DNA of 64,000 nt, taken from assembly GCA_040220235.1 (NCBI GenBank), contig JAVJTO010000055.1, one strand, 5' to 3'. Below, in pieces: positions 58,456 through 64,000 of the stretch; within the stretch, counting starts at the first letter, position 1; every line of letters starts with the position of its first letter. The translations under genes were made by a program, and so were the position numbers. The notes beneath the pieces are model-generated. The model worked only from the letters and a program-made list of their open reading frames with translations. It searched no databases and was not told the origin of the DNA. The DNA is from Coleofasciculus sp. B1-GNL1-01 (GTDB lineage Bacteria > Cyanobacteriota > Cyanobacteriia > Cyanobacteriales > Coleofasciculaceae).

Positions 58456-60156
58456 ATGCTGAGACTAGAACACATTAGTAAAATTTATCCCACTGGCGAA
58501 GTTCTCAAGGATGTCAACTGGGAAGTCAAACCGGGCGATCGCATCGGCTTGGTTGGCGTTAATGGTGCGGGTAAATCCACCCAACTCAAGATTATTGCTG
58601 GGGAGATAGAACCCACGGCTGGAGAAGTGATCCGCCCTACCAGTCTACACATCGCTTACCTCACCCAAGAATTTGAAGTCGATCCTAGTCGCACGGTACG
58701 CGAAGAGTTTTGGACGGTATTTACGGAAGCCAACCAAGTACAGCATAATCTGGCGCAGGTGCAACGGGAGATGGAAACCGCTGATCCCGATCAACTCGAT
58801 CGCCTAATCCACAAGTTGGATAAATTGCAGCGTCAGTTTGAAGCCCTGGATGGGTACAGCCTGGAAGCCCAAATCGAGAAGATCTTACCGGAAATGGGAT
58901 TTGCCCCTGAAGATGGCGATCGCTTAGTTAGCGCGTTCAGTGGCGGTTGGCAAATGCGGATGAGTTTGGGCAAAATCCTGCTGCAAAGTCCTGACATATT
59001 ACTGTTAGATGAACCAACCAACCACATCGATTTAGAAACCATCGAATGGTTAGAAAATTACCTGAAAGGCTTAAAAACCCCAATGGTAATTGTATCCCAT
59101 GACCGAGAATTTCTGGATCGCCTCTGTACCCAGATTGTGGAAACTGAACGTGGCGTCTCTACCACCTACCTGGGTAATTATTCAGCTTACTTACAGCAAA
59201 AAGCTGAGATGCAAGAATCCCAACTCAGCTCCTATGAGCGTCAACAAAAAGAACTGGAAAAGCAGCAAGCTTTTATTGAACGGTTCCGCGCTAGTGCAAC
59301 CCGCAGCACCCAGGCAAAAAGCCGCGAGAAACAATTAGAAAAAGTTGAGCGCATTGAAGCACCAACAGGTAGCCTAAAAAGCTTACATTTCCGCTTTCCT
59401 CCAGCCCCTAGAAGTGGTCGTGAGGTGGTCAATATTAAGGACTTGGTGCATACTTACGATGACAAAATTCTTTTCCTCGGTGCAGACTTGCTAGTTGAAC
59501 GGGGCGATCGCATCGCTTTCTTGGGACCCAACGGATCAGGGAAATCCACGCTATTACACCTGATGATGGGGATGGAAAACGCCACAGAAGGGATTGTGGA
59601 ACTGGGTCAGCATAATGTGATACCCGGCTACTTTGAGCAAAATCAAGCTGAAGCACTAGAGTCAACCAAAACTGTCATGGAAACAATCCATGATGAAGTT
59701 CCCGATTGGAAAAATGAAGAGGTTCGCACTTTATTAGGACGATTTCTCTTCAGTGGTGAAACCGTCTTCAAAAAAGTCGAATCCCTGAGTGGAGGGGAAA
59801 AAGCGCGTCTGGCGTTAGCCAAAATGCTGCTGCGTCCGGCGAATTTACTCCTATTGGATGAGCCAACTAATCACCTAGATATTCCCGCCAAAGAAATGTT
59901 AGAGGAAGCCCTCCAGCATTATGACGGCACCGTGATTATTGTCTCTCACGACCGTTATTTTATTTCCCAAGTGGCGACAAAAATTGTGGAAATTCGTGAT
60001 GGTGAGTTCCGCACTTATCTGGGAGATTATCACTACTACCTGGATAAAATTGCCGAGGAGAAAGAACAAGCACGATTAGCCGCGATCGCTGCCGAAAAAG
60101 CTGCCAAGAAAGCTGAAAAAGCTGCCAAAAAGAAAGCAGCCGCCAAACGTCGATAA
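58456..60156 (+). CDS. ABC-F family ATP-binding protein
   Basis: two NBDs (GVNGAGKS, FSGGWQMR, LLDEPTNH; GPNGSGKS, LSGGEKAR), no TM domain. Confidence 0.93.
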   Translation: MLRLEHISKIYPTGEVLKDVNWEVKPGDRIGLVGVNGAGKSTQLKIIAGEIEPTAGEVIRPTSLHIAYLTQEFEVDPSRTVREEFWTVFTEANQVQHNLAQVQREMETADPDQLDRLIHKLDKLQRQFEALDGYSLEAQIEKILPEMGFAPEDGDRLVSAFSGGWQMRMSLGKILLQSPDILLLDEPTNHIDLETIEWLENYLKGLKTPMVIVSHDREFLDRLCTQIVETERGVSTTYLGNYSAYLQQKAEMQESQLSSYERQQKELEKQQAFIERFRASATRSTQAKSREKQLEKVERIEAPTGSLKSLHFRFPPAPRSGREVVNIKDLVHTYDDKILFLGADLLVERGDRIAFLGPNGSGKSTLLHLMMGMENATEGIVELGQHNVIPGYFEQNQAEALESTKTVMETIHDEVPDWKNEEVRTLLGRFLFSGETVFKKVESLSGGEKARLALAKMLLRPANLLLLDEPTNHLDIPAKEMLEEALQHYDGTVIIVSHDRYFISQVATKIVEIRDGEFRTYLGDYHYYLDKIAEEKEQARLAAIAAEKAAKKAEKAAKKKAAAKRR

Positions 60157-60417
60157 AAAAGTCAGCCCTCAACTAAAGTTGGGGTTAAAAGCTTAAACCC
60201 GTTGAAACGGGTTCACAGAATTCTGACTTTTCACGGTATGGGGTGTCTCTGTAGGGGCGGGTTTATGATTCCACAGAAAGAAAATAGACCTAAGCAGCCG
60301 CTAAATTTTCTGGCAAAACGCCTAAAAAGTCAAAAGAAAGGCAAAAAATAGCCATCAAATCAAGAAACTAATGATATCATGGCGGTGAAATTAGTGTAGG
60401 AATAAAGAGCGATACTT

Positions 60418-62016
60418 ATGATGCAAGCACCTGTATCTCCTGTGGTGCTAGTCATCTTGGACGGCTGGGGCTATCGTGAAGCCAGGGATGGAAATGCCAT
60501 TGCCATGGCTCGAACCCCTGTGATGGATAGCCTGTTGACGGCTTATCCCAGTACAACTATTCGCACCTCTGGTAAAGACGTTGGTCTACCAGAGGGTCAA
60601 ATGGGTAACTCGGAAGTGGGTCACCTGAATATCGGTGCTGGGCGTGTCGTCCCCCAAGAACTAGTTCGCATCTCAGATGCTGTAGAAGATGGTTCGATCA
60701 GGGAGAATGTAGCCCTGCAAAAATTGAGCCAGGAACTGAAACATCAAGGGGGGAAGTTACACCTAATCGGCTTATGTTCGGATGGTGGTGTGCATTCCCA
60801 CATCAACCATCTACTGGGATTACTTGATTTTGCTAAATCCCAAGGGTTCTCTGATGTTTGCGTTCACGCGATTATGGATGGTCGGGATACCAACCCCAAC
60901 TCCGGGATCAGCTATCTTCAGACCATTCAAGAGCATATTGACAAAATCGGCATTGGACGTATTGCCACCATTAGTGGTCGCTACTATGCCATGGATCGCG
61001 ATCATCGCTGGGATCGCACCCAAAAAGCTTACGATATGATCACCCAGGATGGAAATGGGGATGGTCGGAGTGCGGTTGAGGTGATGCAAGCGTCTTATCA
61101 GGCAGAGATTACTGACGAGTTTATTCTGCCGACTCGGATTACCTCGGGTGCATTGGAACCGGGGGATGGGATAATCTTCTTTAACTTCCGTCCCGATCGC
61201 GCCAGACAATTGACCCAAGCTTTGACTGATCCGGAATTTGACGGATTTGAACGGGAACTGATTAAACCCCTAGCGTTTGTCACGTTTACTCAGTATGATC
61301 CCAGTTTCCCGGTTTTGGTGGCGTTTGAGCCGCAGAATTTGAATAATATTCTCGGCGAAGTCGTTTCCCGGAATGGGTTGCGTCAATTCCGCACGGCTGA
61401 AACCGAGAAGTACGCCCATGTCACCTACTTTTTTAATGGCGGTTTAGAATTACCCTTTGAAGGAGAGGATCGGGAACTGGTTCCTAGTCCTATGGTGGCA
61501 ACTTACGATCGCGCCCCGGCGATGTCCGCCGTCGATGTGACGGATGTGGCGGTAAAGGCGATTAGCAAAATGATTTACTCGTTGGTGGTGATCAACTACG
61601 CCAACCCAGATATGGTGGGACATACGGGAAATACCGACGCCTGTGTACAAGCCATTGAAACCGTGGATCACTGCTTGGGACAGTTGATTGAGAGCATCAA
61701 CAAAGTGGGTGGAACCGCGATCATTATCGCCGATCACGGGAATGCGGAATACATGCGAGATGAACAAGGTAATGCTTGGACAGCCCACACGACCAATCCT
61801 GTACCCTTTATTCTGATAGAAGGGGAAAAAGTAAAAATCCCTGGACATGGCACGGAAGTTGCTCTGCGGAGCGATGGACGGCTGGCAGATATTGCACCGA
61901 CGATTCTGGACATTTTAAACCTGCCACAACCGGAAGACATGACGGGACGTTCTATGATTAAACCCGTGGAGTTTGATGTGCGGAAGAATCGAACGCCAGT
62001 ACGAGTTGCCTTGTAG
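60418..62016 (+). CDS. gpmI: 2,3-bisphosphoglycerate-independent phosphoglycerate mutase
   Basis: ILDGWG, MGNSEVGH, GRYYAMDRD, NFRPDRARQ, AETEKYAHVT, DMVGHTG, ADHGNAE. Confidence 0.95.
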   Translation: MMQAPVSPVVLVILDGWGYREARDGNAIAMARTPVMDSLLTAYPSTTIRTSGKDVGLPEGQMGNSEVGHLNIGAGRVVPQELVRISDAVEDGSIRENVALQKLSQELKHQGGKLHLIGLCSDGGVHSHINHLLGLLDFAKSQGFSDVCVHAIMDGRDTNPNSGISYLQTIQEHIDKIGIGRIATISGRYYAMDRDHRWDRTQKAYDMITQDGNGDGRSAVEVMQASYQAEITDEFILPTRITSGALEPGDGIIFFNFRPDRARQLTQALTDPEFDGFERELIKPLAFVTFTQYDPSFPVLVAFEPQNLNNILGEVVSRNGLRQFRTAETEKYAHVTYFFNGGLELPFEGEDRELVPSPMVATYDRAPAMSAVDVTDVAVKAISKMIYSLVVINYANPDMVGHTGNTDACVQAIETVDHCLGQLIESINKVGGTAIIIADHGNAEYMRDEQGNAWTAHTTNPVPFILIEGEKVKIPGHGTEVALRSDGRLADIAPTILDILNLPQPEDMTGRSMIKPVEFDVRKNRTPVRVAL

Positions 62017-62079
62017 TCTTCGGTCTGGGACGAAAAAAACAAGACCAAATGTCCATTGACACGTAAACCAGAATCACCT

Positions 62080-62310
62080 ATGTCCAGTCAAGTTCTGCAA
62101 ATTATTTGGGCAGCATCTGCTCTCGGTTTGATTGTTTTAGTGTTGCTTCATAGTCCCAAAGGGGATGGTATTGGTGGGATTGGTGGTCAAGCCCAACTGT
62201 TTACCAGCGCCAAAAGTGCCGAAACCGCCCTCAACCGGGTGACTTGGGTGCTTGCCATTATCTTTATCGGTTTAACCATTGTTCTCAGTGCAGGGTGGTT
62301 GAATCAATAA
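62080..62310 (+). CDS. secG: Preprotein translocase subunit SecG
   Basis: VLLHSPKGDGIGGIGGQAQLF...ETALNRVTW; follows gpmI. Confidence 0.92.
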   Translation: MSSQVLQIIWAASALGLIVLVLLHSPKGDGIGGIGGQAQLFTSAKSAETALNRVTWVLAIIFIGLTIVLSAGWLNQ

Positions 62311-62432
62311 TGGTTTGTCCATTGTTTGCTGTTCGTTGTCTGTTACAACTGACCCCAGACAAAAACAGCGCGTTTAACTGGGTTACATCCAGGAAATCTT
62401 TAGAAAGGAATGACCCAAGTCACCAATTTGGG

Positions 62433-63368
62433 ATGAAAAAAAGTGCAACTCGCAGGTTGAGGCGTTTCCTCTATAGCACCAGGAAACGTCTCTTAGGAAT
62501 GGTGATCTTAACCAGTGGGTTAATTCTGTTACTATCGATACCGTGGCATGTCCCTGGGATTCCGTTCTCTCTCCCGACCCCTCAACCTCATCCACTCCCC
62601 CAACCATTGGCGCAGTGGGATGATCAGACTGATGCTGGTGATTATTTCACGGAGATTAAGTTAACTCCAGTGGAGTATCTGGTTTGGTCTGAATTTCCGG
62701 TTCAGGTTTATATTGAACACCCCAAAGAATCAGCGGAATCCTCGGCTAGTGCTAAACGATTCCACGATTGGTACAATGCTGTGTTACAAGCGGTAGAGGA
62801 ATGGACTGTTTATTTGCCCTTACAGGTGGTTTCTGAGACAGAATCAGCAGATATTACAATAGTGCGATCGCGCCCTCCTTTGCAAGCCTCCTTTAACCGC
62901 GAAACCCAACGATTTGAGAATATTCGCGCCCGTACCGCAGAAACTCGCTACGAATTTTATCCGCGTCCCGGTGTTGAGGAATCACAACGTATTTTAGCCC
63001 ATAAGTTTACTATTTATCTGAGTCCCCACCAAACGGTAGATTATACCCTAGCCACGGCTCGTCATGAACTCGGACATGCGTTGGGGATTTGGGGTCATTC
63101 TCCGGTGGAAACGGATACGATGTACTATTCCCAAGTTCGCTATCCGCCAGAAATCTCCGTGCGGGATATCAACACCTTGAAACGGATTTACCAGCAGCCT
63201 ACTCGTTTGGGATGGGCGGTGACATCTACTCTCGAAGCTGGGGAAGCATGTAGAGACGTAGCATGCTACGTCTGGAAGATGGGGGAGATGGGGGAGATGG
63301 GGAAGATGGGGGAGATAAAATCTTCTATAGGGAAGGGAGTAACACCTATTAGACATACCCTAAACTGA
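62433..63368 (+). CDS. Zinc metallopeptidase (matrixin/M10-like) with repeat-derived C-terminal tail
   Basis: HELGHALGIWGHS, Met-turn TMY; the tail encodes REP and 9-mer repeats and stops inside the putative IS end. Confidence 0.85.
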   Translation: MKKSATRRLRRFLYSTRKRLLGMVILTSGLILLLSIPWHVPGIPFSLPTPQPHPLPQPLAQWDDQTDAGDYFTEIKLTPVEYLVWSEFPVQVYIEHPKESAESSASAKRFHDWYNAVLQAVEEWTVYLPLQVVSETESADITIVRSRPPLQASFNRETQRFENIRARTAETRYEFYPRPGVEESQRILAHKFTIYLSPHQTVDYTLATARHELGHALGIWGHSPVETDTMYYSQVRYPPEISVRDINTLKRIYQQPTRLGWAVTSTLEAGEACRDVACYVWKMGEMGEMGKMGEIKSSIGKGVTPIRHTLN

Positions 63369-64000
63369 AGTTCCCCCCATCCCGATTGACAATAGAAGCC
63401 TAAACCCTGACTAAGTAAGCGTTTGAACCAATTAGCCCCCTTTATTCGTACCCATGTATATTTAAGATTTTCTTAATACTCTTGGGGAAAAATCTGTGAG
63501 ACAATTGTAGTCATGTACATAGAACGTGTTCCGAACCGAAATTCCCCACCCGCCGTATTACTTCGCGAGTCCTATCGCGAAGGAAAGAAAGTGCGTAAAC
63601 GTACCCTAGCAAACTTGTCAAAATTGCCGGATGAGGCGGTAGACGGTTTAAAAATTCTTCTCAAGGGAGGCAAAGCCATTGAAGATATAGAGGAGGCGTT
63701 TAACATAGTCCGTTCTCGCCCTCACGGTCACGTTGCTGCGGTACTAGGAACGATAAAGAAAATAGGACTAGACTCAATCATCAGCGATGAAAACACACGT
63801 AACAGACGATTAGTGCTATCGATGATAGCGGCGCGAATTATTGCCCCTAAGTCGAAATTAGCCACAGCCAGAGGTTTACAAGAAGCGACTAAACTATCCA
63901 GTTTAGGAGAACGATTGGGATTGTCTGGAACAGATGAAGATGAACTCTATTTAGCTATGGATTGGCTCCTGTCTCGGCAAGAGGAGATAGAAAAGAGTTT
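63360..64000 (+). mobile_element. IS1634-family insertion sequence, left part
   Basis: putative left IR ctaaactgaagttcccccc; transposase ORF follows. Confidence 0.75.
63513..64000 (+). CDS. IS1634-family transposase (runs off the window)
   Basis: manual translation MYIERVPNRNSPPAVLLRESYREGKKVRKRTLANLSKLP...PHGHVAAVLG...PKSKLATAR...ELYLAMDWL. Confidence 0.88.
   Translation, partial: MYIERVPNRNSPPAVLLRESYREGKKVRKRTLANLSKLPDEAVDGLKILLKGGKAIEDIEEAFNIVRSRPHGHVAAVLGTIKKIGLDSIISDENTRNRRLVLSMIAARIIAPKSKLATARGLQEATKLSSLGERLGLSGTDEDELYLAMDWLLSRQEEIEKS

Noticed and set aside
1..64000. tRNA, rRNA or riboswitch genes
   Set aside because: No cloverleaf, rRNA or riboswitch signature recognised by eye; an Infernal/tRNAscan run would be needed to exclude them

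Overview
Chromosomal window of a cyanobacterium. Evidence: frequent HIP1 octamers (GCGATCGC), STRR-type heptamer repeats, and cyanobacterial core genes (2-oxoglutarate decarboxylase-type TPP enzyme, zds, lipA, cysK, cobT, pgsA, gpmI, secG). The repeat load suggests a filamentous, Coleofasciculus/Microcoleus-like organism (inference). Two accessory regions flank a mostly housekeeping middle. (1) About 1.7-19.6 kb is an RNA/nucleic-acid end-repair neighbourhood: ATP-dependent RNA ligase, HD-phosphoesterase/polynucleotide kinase and NYN nuclease on the left; histidine phosphatase and a 1021-aa MJ1316-EEP-2H-eukaryote-like poly(A) polymerase fusion on the right. Between them lie defence/TA-type cassettes (Uma2, DUF433/DUF5615, addiction antitoxin, PD-(D/E)XK proteins, XisH/XisI, PtuA/PtuB-like pair). 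These cassettes are separated by slightly diverged, HIP1-containing direct-repeat copies of neighbouring sequence, including pieces of the repair genes themselves, and cargo stop codons often sit at the junctions. (2) About 49-58 kb is a second island: a tandem array of four XRE-HTH domains with varied recognition helices, ParA plus a ParB-like/HhH protein, a NACHT-pentapeptide protein, and an ABC-ATPase plus nuclease-like pair. Many MITE/REP-like elements occur throughout, and an IS1634-family transposase runs off the right end. No rRNA, tRNA or CRISPR array was seen. All family calls are from motif recognition by eye; identities were counted by hand.
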